Positions 1 through 8,596 of a DNA stretch of 64,000 nt are shown here, one piece after another. The stretch lies in NCBI GenBank assembly GCA_016176465.1, contig JACOXD010000006.1, positions 71,878 through 135,877 on the forward strand, written 5' to 3'. The notes beneath the pieces were generated by a model. That model was not told the DNA's origin, searched no databases, and was given only the letters and a program-made list of their open reading frames with translations. The translations under genes and the position numbers were made by a program. How positions within the stretch are numbered: position 1 is the first letter of the stretch; each line of letters opens with the position of its first letter. Origin of the DNA: Candidatus Daviesbacteria bacterium. Lineage in GTDB: Bacteria > Patescibacteriota > Microgenomatia > Daviesbacterales > UBA10151.

Positions 1-215
1 CCAACTTGTGTCCAAAGATAAAGGAAATTGATGGCTTTAAAAGTGAAATTTTTTGGCCATTCCTCTGATCTAATCTTTGTACTGGGTCTAAGATATACAA
101 AATAGTCATTTTCTATATCAATTTTGGCTAAATTTTTTAATAAGTAATATGAATAGTTTTCAGTCCCTGTTCGCCAGCTGGCGAAGGACCTGGATCCATC
201 AAAACCAATACGCAT
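1..215 (-). CDS. Glycosyltransferase family 4 (GT-B) N-terminal fragment, cut by the window edge
   Basis: Minus-strand translation from the ATG at 215..213 gives MRIGFDGSRSFASWRTGTENYSYYLLKNLAKID, which matches a GT4 N-terminus (MRIGID...G..RY..NLL.AL). The frame stays open to the window start. Confidence 0.4.
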   Translation of the reverse strand, partial: MRIGFDGSRSFASWRTGTENYSYYLLKNLAKIDIENDYFVYLRPSTKIRSEEWPKNFTFKAINFLYLWTQV

Positions 216-237
216 AAAATAAGTTTAGCATAAGAAC

Positions 238-1155
238 TTAGGAGGATTTTGATTTGAAGTACTCAACAGTTTTTTTAAGACCTTCATCTAAACTTACTTT
301 AGCTTCCCAACCGGCTTTACTTTTTAATAAGGCGCTTGAGGCATAATTAGCATTAACATCCCCTGCTCTTTCTCCCAAATTCTCAATTTTTACATCATAT
401 CCAAATATATCAGACAATTTATTTACTACATCAATGACTTTTACTCCATTATTTGTTCCAACATTAAAAATACTAAAGCCTTTTAAATTTAGACAAGTTG
501 TATGGGCAGTGGCTAAATCTTCTATATAAATAAAATCTCTAATTTGCTCCCCTTCCCAATAAAGAGGAATTGGTCTTTTATCCAGTGCTGCTTTAATAAA
601 GTTAGGAATTGCGTGAGTTTCAGGCTGATGATTCTCTCCTGGTCCATAAGGATTAAAATAACGTAGTATAGTTACATCAAAATGATGCAAAATATGGTAA
701 GTCCGCAAAAAAGCTTCAACTGCCACCTTACTTGCACCATAAGGATTATCAGGTTGAAGTGGTGAAGCTTCTGTTAAAGGTAAAGTTTTAGGAGTTCCAT
801 AAACACAAGCACTGGAGGAAAAAATAATCTTTTTCACCCCTACTTCCCGCATAGCTTCAAGCAACTCAACAGTTCCTAAAACATTATTATCAGCATATAA
901 AACAGGCTTTTTTACAGATTCATTGACCTCAATTAGTGATGCTAAATGTATAACCCAATCTATGCCTAAGAGAGTTTTTTTAAGAAGCTCTCTATCTTTA
1001 ATATCCCCTTTTATAAATAAAGCTCTCTTATCAAGATTATCTTGCGAGCTTTTAGAGAGGTTATCATAAACTATAACTTGATGGCCAAGGTCTAATAAAA
1101 TTTTAGCTACGTGGCTACCAATAAACCCTGCACCACCTGTGATAAGAATTTTCAT
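238..1155 (-). CDS. galE: UDP-glucose 4-epimerase (NAD-dependent epimerase/dehydratase, SDR)
   Basis: Has the N-terminal Rossmann ITGGAGFIGSH, the catalytic YGASK (YxxxK), and GalE-like blocks NVLGTVELLEAM and NPYGPG. Confidence 0.75.
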   Translation of the reverse strand: MKILITGGAGFIGSHVAKILLDLGHQVIVYDNLSKSSQDNLDKRALFIKGDIKDRELLKKTLLGIDWVIHLASLIEVNESVKKPVLYADNNVLGTVELLEAMREVGVKKIIFSSSACVYGTPKTLPLTEASPLQPDNPYGASKVAVEAFLRTYHILHHFDVTILRYFNPYGPGENHQPETHAIPNFIKAALDKRPIPLYWEGEQIRDFIYIEDLATAHTTCLNLKGFSIFNVGTNNGVKVIDVVNKLSDIFGYDVKIENLGERAGDVNANYASSALLKSKAGWEAKVSLDEGLKKTVEYFKSKSS

Positions 1156-1234
1156 TGTATTATGGTATTAAGTATTATGTATTAAGGGAGGATTTATTTC
1201 AATTTCCATAATACACTCTACATGATACATACTA

Positions 1235-2263
1235 CTATTTTTTAGATACACTTCTTTTATATAAATCCAAATTTTCTAAAGCCATTCCTGTGCCTAAAAT
1301 AACTGACAAAAGTGGATTCTCAGAAATATGACAAGGAACCCCTGTTTCCTCAGTCATCAACTTATCAAGGTTACTCAGTAAAGATGTACCTCCTGACATT
1401 ACTATTCCTTTATCAATAATATCTGAGGCTAGCTCAGGTGGAGTTTGTTCTAAAACTCCTTTAACAGCGCCAATTATTTTTCTGACGGGATCGGAAATAG
1501 CCTCAGTTATCTCTACAGTAGATAAAACGATTGTCCTTGGCAAACCTGTTGGAGAATCTCTTCCCCTAACTTCCATCTTTTTTACCTCTAGCTCTTTAGG
1601 CAAAATAGCACTACCAATCCTGACTTTAATCTCCTCTGCTGCCCGCTCACCAATTATTAAGTTGAATTTTTTCCTAATATAGTTTTGGATTGCCTCATCA
1701 ATTTTATTTCCTCCAACTCTGACACTACTATGAACTACCACTCCGCCCAAACAAATCACTGCTGCCTCTGCTGTACCTCCACCAATGTCAACAATCATAT
1801 TTCCTGATGGGTTAGCAATGGGAATATTTGCTCCAATAGCTGCAGCCAGTGGTTCATCTATTAGATAGGCAGTTTTAGCTCCAGCAGATAAAGTTGCATC
1901 AAGCACTGCTCTTCTTTCAACAGAGGTAACGCCAGCAGGTACACAGACCATTACTTCTGGTTTTAAAAACCGCATAGAACCCAATACTCTGTCTATAAAA
2001 TACCGAAGCATCGCTTCTGTGATTACATAATCAGCAATAACCCCATCTTTCATCGGACGGGAAGCCATAATATTACCAGGAGTCCTACCTAACATTTCCT
2101 TCGCTTCATTGCCTACTGCTAAAACTTTATTATCATCAGTAGAAATTGCTACAACAGTAGGCTCATTTAGAACAATACCGCTACCTGCTAAATAAACTAA
2201 GCTATTGGCAGTACCTAAATCTATTCCTATACGCTTTGAAAGATTAAACATAATCTTTGTCAT
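1235..2263 (-). CDS. mreB: Rod shape-determining protein MreB (actin-like ATPase)
   Basis: Contains IGIDLGTANSLVY, DIGGGTAE and GGTSLL, the classic MreB phosphate and adenosine motifs. The true start is probably the second Met (MFNLSK) near 2251. The first ATG (ATGACA) is the terminal TGTCAT of an adjacent palindromic repeat. Confidence 0.9.
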   Translation of the reverse strand: MTKIMFNLSKRIGIDLGTANSLVYLAGSGIVLNEPTVVAISTDDNKVLAVGNEAKEMLGRTPGNIMASRPMKDGVIADYVITEAMLRYFIDRVLGSMRFLKPEVMVCVPAGVTSVERRAVLDATLSAGAKTAYLIDEPLAAAIGANIPIANPSGNMIVDIGGGTAEAAVICLGGVVVHSSVRVGGNKIDEAIQNYIRKKFNLIIGERAAEEIKVRIGSAILPKELEVKKMEVRGRDSPTGLPRTIVLSTVEITEAISDPVRKIIGAVKGVLEQTPPELASDIIDKGIVMSGGTSLLSNLDKLMTEETGVPCHISENPLLSVILGTGMALENLDLYKRSVSKK

Positions 2264-2340
2264 TCTGATGGTCCACTGGACCAGAAGAATCTAATGAGAT
2301 CCTTCCTCCCTAAAAGGGGCCCGTGCCCTCAGGATGACAA
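2259..2340. repeat. Palindromic mini-element copy A (TIR TGTCATTCTGA ... TCAGGATGACA with internal hairpins)
   Basis: Carries terminal inverted repeats tgtcattctga/tcaggatgaca and the inner palindrome ggtccactggacc. It shares its architecture with copies at 8008, 8499 and 9932. Confidence 0.7.
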
Positions 2341-2444
2341 CAAAACTGAAGAAAGTATATTTTTGTTGTCAACTTAACGCTATGAACTATACTCTAACTG
2401 AAGACCTACTCACAAGACATGCAAAGTGGATCAAAAAGGAACAA

Positions 2445-3656
2445 TTACTTTAGGTTTATACCATATAAATTGGGGCGTTCTGCTGTGGGAATTGGGAAAA
2501 AGGTAATTATTGCGAGTCTTGAGCCATCAGGCCATGCATAAACAGAGTTAATATCAAAGGTTCCTGCATAAATCACATGATTATTTCCCCCATCAAATTC
2601 AATTACGGAAATTTTATTCTCATCTACTAAGACCAGGTGAAGTGAATCAGGTAGCCATAAAGCTTGATAGCTCTCTGGCAGAGTAAAGGTTTCTCTTTTT
2701 TTTAAGTCAACAATCTTAAATTTTTTCTTTTGAGGTGTATTTGATTTCTCACTTTCCTCAGCTACTTTATTTTCAGTAAGCAACAAACTTTGAGGTTCTA
2801 CTTGCTCCAAACAATTTTCTTTATCCTCACAGATTAAAAACTTAGTTTCATCTGGTGCCCATTTCACCAAAGCAGATGATGATGCTATCTTTTGTAAATT
2901 AAGATCTTTTATAGATTGGATTCTAGCCAAATCCTTAGTACTTTTTTCCTCTTCCCAACTTGATAAAGTAGGCTGAAGAATTGGGGTAATATCTCTTGGT
3001 GATTCATTCAATCTATCATCTTCTAAAAGCAAAGTCCTATCAGGCAGCGTTACCATAATTTGGCTTGAATCAGGAGACCAACGAATCTTCGCTTGGCTTA
3101 AATTTATTCCTGATTGTGAAACCATAATTTGGTGTGGCTCATTAGCTCTTGCAAAAGCAATTGGCCTTTCAGACATTGTCCAGACCCAAATGCCACTCTT
3201 TTTGGGAGGAGATGAGGCAACGTCTGAATCAACTCCATCTGGGACGACAAAGACCAGCTTTTGGCCATCAGGTGATAGTATAGAATTCTCAATACCATTA
3301 TAAGTTAGGGGGAAAATACTAGGGATTGCTGGGAATAACCTCGCTTTAATTTCTGTAACTAACCCTTCCTTTACCTCAAGCTCTTTTTCCCAAGGAATAT
3401 AGCCTTCTTTAATAATCCTAACTTTATATTTTTTGGGGACCAAAGAGTTGATATTAGCATTGGTGGCTGTAGATAAATGCCCATCTAAATAAACTGATGC
3501 CTGGTCTGGAATAGAAGTAATAGACATAATTCCTGTACCGGAAAAAGTACCCTTTTCTGGAGAAAATCTATATCCCTTGGCAAAAAAAACTGCCCCTCCT
3601 GCTATTAAAGCAGTAGCTACAATAAACAAAATCGTGAAGAAAAATCTTCGATTCAC
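2445..3656 (-). CDS. Membrane-anchored PEGA-domain protein with a beta-propeller-like C-terminal region (hypothetical)
   Basis: Has an N-terminal TM helix and a PEGA-like block (SVYLDGHLSTATNANINSLVPKKYKVRIIKEGYIPWEKELEV). The remainder resembles a TolB/WD40 repeat-like extracytoplasmic domain. Confidence 0.45.
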   Translation of the reverse strand: MNRRFFFTILFIVATALIAGGAVFFAKGYRFSPEKGTFSGTGIMSITSIPDQASVYLDGHLSTATNANINSLVPKKYKVRIIKEGYIPWEKELEVKEGLVTEIKARLFPAIPSIFPLTYNGIENSILSPDGQKLVFVVPDGVDSDVASSPPKKSGIWVWTMSERPIAFARANEPHQIMVSQSGINLSQAKIRWSPDSSQIMVTLPDRTLLLEDDRLNESPRDITPILQPTLSSWEEEKSTKDLARIQSIKDLNLQKIASSSALVKWAPDETKFLICEDKENCLEQVEPQSLLLTENKVAEESEKSNTPQKKKFKIVDLKKRETFTLPESYQALWLPDSLHLVLVDENKISVIEFDGGNNHVIYAGTFDINSVYAWPDGSRLAIITFFPIPTAERPNLYGINLK

Positions 3657-3694
3657 AAATTAGATTGTACAATTTTAGATTAGCAAATACAAAG

Positions 3695-3766
3695 TCGGGG
3701 ACCAGGGAATTGAACCCTGTACCTCTACGACCCGAACGCAGCGTTCTACCGATGAACTAGTCCCCG
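3695..3766 (-). tRNA. tRNA-Pro (anticodon CGG)
   Basis: Hand-folded cloverleaf: acceptor CGGGGAC/GTCCCCG with C1-G72, D-stem GTTC/GAAC, anticodon stem CTGCG/CGTAG with loop TTCGGGT (CGG), T-arm CAGGG-TTCAATT-CCCTG, discriminator A, no encoded CCA. Confidence 0.8.
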
Positions 3767-3809
3767 CGCAATCCAAATTATATCCGATTTTGTTAAAATA
3801 CACTTACTC

Positions 3810-3882
3810 GCCCCTGTAGCTCAGTAGATAGAGCAGCTTCGTCCTAAGAAGTTGGTCGTGGGTGCAACTCCCGCCAGGGGTG
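3810..3882 (+). tRNA. tRNA-Arg (anticodon CCT)
   Basis: Hand-folded cloverleaf: acceptor GCCCCTG/CAGGGGT with a G1-U72 wobble, D-stem GCTC/GAGC, anticodon loop GTCCTAA (CCT), T-arm GTGGG-TGCAACT-CCCGC. The T-loop is atypical (G at position 55), so confidence is moderate. Confidence 0.6.
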
Positions 3883-3905
3883 CTTAACTCTGCTATACTT
3901 AATTT

Positions 3906-5018
3906 ATGAGTGATGATGGATCATCTGAAGGATCTTCCCCTCCTCAACTAAAGAAACATTTAACCAGGCGGCAATTCTTGGGTGCAACTGTTTTAGGGGG
4001 AGCGCTAGGAGCCGGCATGACAAAAGTGGGAGTACCTCAAGCTGTTGAAAACACATTTAAAGGAGCTAATTTTTTTGGAAAACTACTAGGAGCGTTTAAG
4101 AATAGGCGAAGCCTTTCTACGAATAGAGCTATAGTTGAACAGCCTAGACAACAGCAAGTACCTTCTCAAGAAGTTATTCTTTTATCAGCTAGAGAAGTAA
4201 ATGAGGCAATGAGTTTTTTTGGGCTAAATCCACAAAACAAGGACCAATTTATAAACCGTGTTGGTAAAGAGATAGTAGCTATGGCTAATAGACCATTTTT
4301 TGAGTCTGAAATAAAGCAAACCCTTGTCTGGCAGGACCAAGTAAAAACAGAGGTCCAGGTAGTTTGTGAAGATTTACCTTCAGATGAGCAAGAGCAATGG
4401 GTAAAGTTAATGCTTGGACTAATTTTCGTTGAAAGTAAAGGAGATTTGGAAGCGGCTTCTCCTTTGGGAGCACAAGGGCTTTGTCAAATTAAAGATGATA
4501 GAGCAAAAGAGATATATAGAAAACTAAAAAAAGATGACCTTTGGCCCAAAGAAGAATATAATTTGCTTAATCCACAAGATAACATCAGATTAGCTATTTA
4601 TATATTAAGAGATAACAATCCAATTAAGAGTTTGTCTTTAGCTTTTTACAACCTAGGCTCTAGAGTGATGATTAATAGTATGCAGGAGTATGCTAAAAGT
4701 CTTTACAGACAAGATCCATCTCTAGATCGAGAGTATCATGATGTAAATACAAACTTTACAACTTGGGGTCTTAGACAAGGTGAAGAAATCGCCACAACAA
4801 GGTACGCCCGGCAATTTAATATTTCCTTCTATGACTTGCTCTCCTCAAAACCGGCTAAAGATGCTTTAGTTAAAAGATATAATAACGAAGATGGCTCAAG
4901 TTTCCAGTATGGGGAAGATGACTTAACTTTTGTGGACAAGGTTATAGCTGCATCAATCATGTTGTTTTCAACCCCAACCAAAACTCAAATATCTGAGTCT
5001 GTAGGGAACCAGAGTTGA
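3906..5018 (+). CDS. Secreted lytic transglycosylase-like (SLT/lysozyme-like) protein with twin-arginine signal peptide
   Basis: Tat motif TRRQFLGATVLGGALGAG near the N-terminus. The SLT catalytic block FVESKGDLEAASPLGAQGLCQI has the E-S...GLxQ pattern. Confidence 0.5.
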   Translation: MSDDGSSEGSSPPQLKKHLTRRQFLGATVLGGALGAGMTKVGVPQAVENTFKGANFFGKLLGAFKNRRSLSTNRAIVEQPRQQQVPSQEVILLSAREVNEAMSFFGLNPQNKDQFINRVGKEIVAMANRPFFESEIKQTLVWQDQVKTEVQVVCEDLPSDEQEQWVKLMLGLIFVESKGDLEAASPLGAQGLCQIKDDRAKEIYRKLKKDDLWPKEEYNLLNPQDNIRLAIYILRDNNPIKSLSLAFYNLGSRVMINSMQEYAKSLYRQDPSLDREYHDVNTNFTTWGLRQGEEIATTRYARQFNISFYDLLSSKPAKDALVKRYNNEDGSSFQYGEDDLTFVDKVIAASIMLFSTPTKTQISESVGNQS

Positions 5019-5509
5019 ATTTCCCTATCTGCTTCCTCCAAAGTTCCTGAGGCGTGGACTAAATTATAGACTGCTCTACCCTCTGCATTGGCTTTATCAA
5101 ATGAATCCTCTCCAAAATCTCCTCTAATAGTTCCTCTTGGAGATAAAGATGGATCAGTTTTTCCAGTTATCTTCCTAGCCAATGAAACTGCACCAGGCCC
5201 TTCTAGAATCATTTTGATAATTTTGCCTGATAGAAGAAATTTTTGTAAATCTTTAACTATCTTGACACTTTTTTGGTATTTCTCCTCAATTTTCTCCTCA
5301 CTCCATCCTGTGATATCTACATGACCTAAATGAATTAGGTAATCTCTATTATCAAGTTGATAATGCTCTCTTACAGTAGGTTCATCAGCAGTCAGCATTA
5401 CCAACTTAGAAACTTTTAGACCTCTTTCTTCAAACCTTTTGATAATATCCCCAATTAAATTTCTTTTAACACCATCAGGTTTTATAAGGACTAAAGTTTG
5501 CTCATTCAT
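4985..5509 (-). CDS. ndk: Nucleoside diphosphate kinase
   Basis: N-terminal TLVLIKPDGV, the active-site His block NLVHASG (NxxHxSD-like), RGDFG, and C-terminal EIQLWF. It carries an internal insertion relative to canonical Ndk. Confidence 0.75.
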   Translation of the reverse strand: MNEQTLVLIKPDGVKRNLIGDIIKRFEERGLKVSKLVMLTADEPTVREHYQLDNRDYLIHLGHVDITGWSEEKIEEKYQKSVKIVKDLQKFLLSGKIIKMILEGPGAVSLARKITGKTDPSLSPRGTIRGDFGEDSFDKANAEGRAVYNLVHASGTLEEADREIQLWFPTDSDI

Positions 5510-5548
5510 AATCGCGATATGTGATACGAAATACGTAATATGTCAATA

Positions 5549-5576
5549 ACTTATCGCTTATCACTTATCTCTTATC
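5549..5576. repeat. Four tandem 7-bp repeats CTTATCN (GATAAG x4 on the minus strand) just upstream of the ndk start
   Basis: The sequence reads cttatcg cttatca cttatct cttatct. A TTGACA hexamer lies on the minus strand between the repeats and the ndk ATG. Confidence 0.5.
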
Positions 5577-6607
5577 TCGATATCCCGAACATTGTATCTT
5601 CCGTCCTCAAAAATATCAACCATGATAAACCTTGGCGACTGAGGGTTTCTTGTTGAGGTTACTGCACCTGATACAATCATTGGAATATTATTTTTAGGTT
5701 CAATGTAACTTGAGAAAAAGTGGGTATCTCCAGAAAAAACCGCATCTACATTATTTTCCTTAAATAACGACATCAAATGCTCTGCTTGATTTTTTAATTT
5801 TCCATCAAGTTTTCCCATCACATGATCTGAAGATGGATGATATAAAGGAATAGCAGTCATTATAAAAGTCAGCTTTGAATCTCCTTCTTTAGCCCTTATT
5901 AGCTCATCTTCTACCCATTTCATCTGTACCTCATCTACTCCTAAGTAGTTATCAGCATTATCAAGTAAAATAAACCTTACTTTATCATACGCAAAAGATG
6001 AATAATCAGATCCAAATACCTCTTTGTAATTAGTAGTGGGAGGTAATTTCTTTTCTCTGGCTTCCCAAAGATCGTGGTCACCTGGGATTACATAATAAGG
6101 TAGTCCAAAAGTATCAAACTGTAACTTAGCATCTCTAAGATCGCTAATAGATCCAACATCAGTGTAATCTCCTAAACCAATTACAAATTTTGCGCCACTT
6201 CCCTTTGCCTGTTTCAATGCCTTATCTAAATTGCCATTGTCATTGTGGGAATCAGATACTACTCCAAAGCTAAAAGTTAGCGGCGAGCCAGATGTTTTAT
6301 TAGAACTACTTTGAGCTAGATTGTCATTAGATAATATCTTCTTGGCTTTATTTATTGAATCTTGGGGATTGGCAGTCAAGATATTTTTGACCAATGTATA
6401 AGCATCTTCAGATTGTAAGATATTATTAAAAATAGATTGTGGATTGGCAGATAATGGATCAATCCCGGAGAAACTTCTTATTGCCTGATAAATACCTAAA
6501 ACCAAAACAGAAAGGATAACTAAACTCAAAAACAGCCTGAAAACACCAAACAATTTACCAAAAAGAGAAAATCCCATCCCTCTATGGGCAGTATGTCTTC
6601 TAAACAT
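5561..6607 (-). CDS. Membrane-anchored calcineurin-like metallophosphoesterase
   Basis: N-terminal TM helix, then metallophosphatase motifs GVVSDSHND, GLGDYTD and GDHDLW (the GDxHG / GDxxDRG / GNH(D/E) pattern). Confidence 0.7.
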   Translation of the reverse strand: MFRRHTAHRGMGFSLFGKLFGVFRLFLSLVILSVLVLGIYQAIRSFSGIDPLSANPQSIFNNILQSEDAYTLVKNILTANPQDSINKAKKILSNDNLAQSSSNKTSGSPLTFSFGVVSDSHNDNGNLDKALKQAKGSGAKFVIGLGDYTDVGSISDLRDAKLQFDTFGLPYYVIPGDHDLWEAREKKLPPTTNYKEVFGSDYSSFAYDKVRFILLDNADNYLGVDEVQMKWVEDELIRAKEGDSKLTFIMTAIPLYHPSSDHVMGKLDGKLKNQAEHLMSLFKENNVDAVFSGDTHFFSSYIEPKNNIPMIVSGAVTSTRNPQSPRFIMVDIFEDGRYNVRDIEIRDK

Positions 6608-6649
6608 ATTTAAATTATCTCAAATCTAAAAGGTCAAATGTCAAATTTC

Positions 6650-8410
6650 TCACATTTTTTTAGGAGCATTAATACCTAACAAATCTAAACCTGATCTAAT
6701 AGTCTCAACAACTTTAGCAGTTATTGCTAATCTTAGATTAGATTTCTCGGACTTAATTATGGGAAATTTAGTATAAAAAAGATTAAATGCCTTTGCCAAA
6801 TTTAGTAGGTACTCGCCAATTAAATTTGGTTTAAGCTCTTTGCCAGCTTGAGCTATTATTGAATCATAGTATTCAGTTAACCTTAGAATTTCCCTCTCCT
6901 CAAGCTCTAAATTTATACCTTGGGGATTTAATTCTTTATCTCCACTATATTTAGACTGTTCTAAAACTGAATTAGCGCGTGCGTGGGTATATTGCAAATA
7001 AGGTCCGCTGTCTCCTTGTAGGGAAACTGATTTTTCCAAGTCAAATATCACATTTGTTTTTGGGGAGTATTTTAAATAAGCAAACTTTATCGCACCTAAG
7101 GCTACAACTTTTGCCACTTCTTCATCTACTTTTAGCCTGTTCTCTCTCATAATATCTTTAACTCGATCAATAACCATATTTAATATATCATCAACTGTTA
7201 TAACCTCTCCGCTGCGGGATGACATTTTTCCTTCTTTAATATCTACCATTCCATAAGATAGGTGAAATTTTTTGCCTTTTAAGTGAGGAAAAAGCATTTC
7301 AACAGCCTTAAAAACTACTCGGAAGTAACCTTCTTGTTCAGCTCCAACAATATGGATGCTTTTGTCATAATTAAATGTATCAAACTCTAACTTAGCTAAT
7401 CCTGTTTCTTTGGCCTCATAGGTAGGGTTTCCTGCAGCTGTTATGAATACTCTATTGTGTAAACCATATTTTTCCCCTGGGAAGATAATAGCTCCTTTAT
7501 CCTCTTCAAAAACTTTACCTACATTAGCCAGTACCAGTTGCCTACCTTCCAACTCCACTTCGCTCTCAAAAAAACAGTGGTCGTATTTAATACCAAAAAG
7601 ATTATAAACAGGCTCAAAATAAGCTAGACTCCACTCCCTGGCCAGCTGATAAATCTCCATCAAATTTTGATCTTTAGCATAAAGCCTATTATTAAGATCA
7701 TCTATCTCTACTTTAGCTTCTTTATCCTCATCATATGCTTTATTACCTTGCGCATAAGATTGGCCTAAAAATTTAGCTTTTTCTTCATGAGATAATTCAC
7801 CTTTTGGTAAACCCAATTTTTCAATACCCCAAATAGCCTTAGCTATATGCAAACCAATATCCCCTTGGTAATTGGCCCTAAATACTTTATTCCCCAAACT
7901 CTCTAGTATTCTGGAAAGGCTTTCTCCTAAGAAAAAAGTTCTTAGATGACCTATGTGAATCTCTTTAAGGGGGTTAACATGACCATACTCAATTAGATAT
8001 TTTTTCTTGTCATCCTGAGCGCGGGCCCCCGAAGGGGAGAAGGATCTATTTTTCAGATTCTTCTCCGGCGAAGCCGGATCAAGAATGACAGACTCAAGCA
8101 AAATTTCATCCTTTATAAAAAAATTAATAAAACCTCCCCCAGCAACTTCTACTCTTTCTAAATAAGTTGGATGGCCTAACTCTTTTAAAATTTGATTAGC
8201 AACATCCATTGGAGACTCGCCTCGCTTAGCACTTGGCGAAGCGGGTTGCTCACTTTTTCCTTGCTTTTGTTTAGTAAGTTGTAAAGCCACATTCGTAAAG
8301 TAGTCTCCAAATTTGGGGTTTTCTGGAATAGATATAAATATATCAGTTGTTTTTAACCCTAATTTAGAAATTGCTTTTTGCAAATCTTTTTCTAATTGCA
8401 CTTTTATCAT
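6650..8410 (-). CDS. argS: Arginyl-tRNA synthetase
   Basis: Class I motifs HIGHLR and MSSRSG (the KMSKS equivalent) plus the ArgRS anticodon-binding C-terminus. It carries an in-frame palindromic-repeat insertion at residues ~108-135. Confidence 0.9.
   Translation of the reverse strand: MIKVQLEKDLQKAISKLGLKTTDIFISIPENPKFGDYFTNVALQLTKQKQGKSEQPASPSAKRGESPMDVANQILKELGHPTYLERVEVAGGGFINFFIKDEILLESVILDPASPEKNLKNRSFSPSGARAQDDKKKYLIEYGHVNPLKEIHIGHLRTFFLGESLSRILESLGNKVFRANYQGDIGLHIAKAIWGIEKLGLPKGELSHEEKAKFLGQSYAQGNKAYDEDKEAKVEIDDLNNRLYAKDQNLMEIYQLAREWSLAYFEPVYNLFGIKYDHCFFESEVELEGRQLVLANVGKVFEEDKGAIIFPGEKYGLHNRVFITAAGNPTYEAKETGLAKLEFDTFNYDKSIHIVGAEQEGYFRVVFKAVEMLFPHLKGKKFHLSYGMVDIKEGKMSSRSGEVITVDDILNMVIDRVKDIMRENRLKVDEEVAKVVALGAIKFAYLKYSPKTNVIFDLEKSVSLQGDSGPYLQYTHARANSVLEQSKYSGDKELNPQGINLELEEREILRLTEYYDSIIAQAGKELKPNLIGEYLLNLAKAFNLFYTKFPIIKSEKSNLRLAITAKVVETIRSGLDLLGINAPKKM
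8008..8090. repeat. Palindromic mini-element copy B, inserted in-frame inside argS
   Basis: TIRs tgtcatcctgag ... gatcaagaatgaca with inner hairpins gggcccccgaagggg and tccggcgaagccgga. The argS ORF reads through it as ILDPASPEKNLKNRSFSPSGARAQDDKKKY. Confidence 0.75.
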
Positions 8411-8498
8411 AGTTTAATGATAACATTCGTAACATAATTATCTAAGCACTAAAATTTGTTTTCTCATATATTCCACTAGTCAATTTTAAGAGTTGTCC

Positions 8499-8587
8499 AG
8501 TCATGCTGAGCGAATTTGTCATTCTGAGCCGAAGGCGAAGAATTTAGTCTAGAGATTCTTCCCAGGCTTTGCCTGATCAGAATGACA
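8499..8587. repeat. Palindromic mini-element copy C (composite, with an extra degenerate half-unit) in the argS-argG spacer
   Basis: The sequence reads agtcatgctgagcgaatt + tgtcattctgagccgaaggcgaagaattt ... agattcttcccaggctttgcctgatcagaatgaca. Confidence 0.7.
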
Positions 8588-8596
8588 TTTTCCTTT

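Noticed and set aside
3104-3298. Small ORFs nested antisense or out of frame inside larger genes (3104..3298, 4285..4473, 5088..5324, 9994..10218, 10282..10491, 10775..10963, 14933..15139, 18475..18681, 18943..19149, 27343..27700, 28500..28685, 34343..34636, 35016..35288, 35814..35996, 36730..37047, 39135..39335, 40771..41221, 41692..42237, 47243..47440, 48915..49169, 51056..51280, 54229..54426, 57597..57854, 60903..61115, 62294..62518, 63396..63584)
   Set aside because: Each lies wholly inside a longer ORF with clear family signatures on the other strand or frame. Their translations are low-complexity and motif-free, so they are spurious by-products of low GC.
3810-3882. tRNA-Arg(CCT) as a pseudogene because of its odd T-loop (TGCAACT) and G1-U72
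   Set aside because: All stems pair and the anticodon loop is well formed. The atypical T-loop lowers confidence but does not justify a pseudogene call without a covariance-model score.
5549-5576. TTATC repeats as DnaA boxes / replication origin
   Set aside because: Only the TTATC core is present (TTATCACTT, not TTATCCACA). There is no dnaA/dnaN nearby, no AT-rich DUE, and the repeats are strictly 7-bp phased, unlike oriC box spacing.
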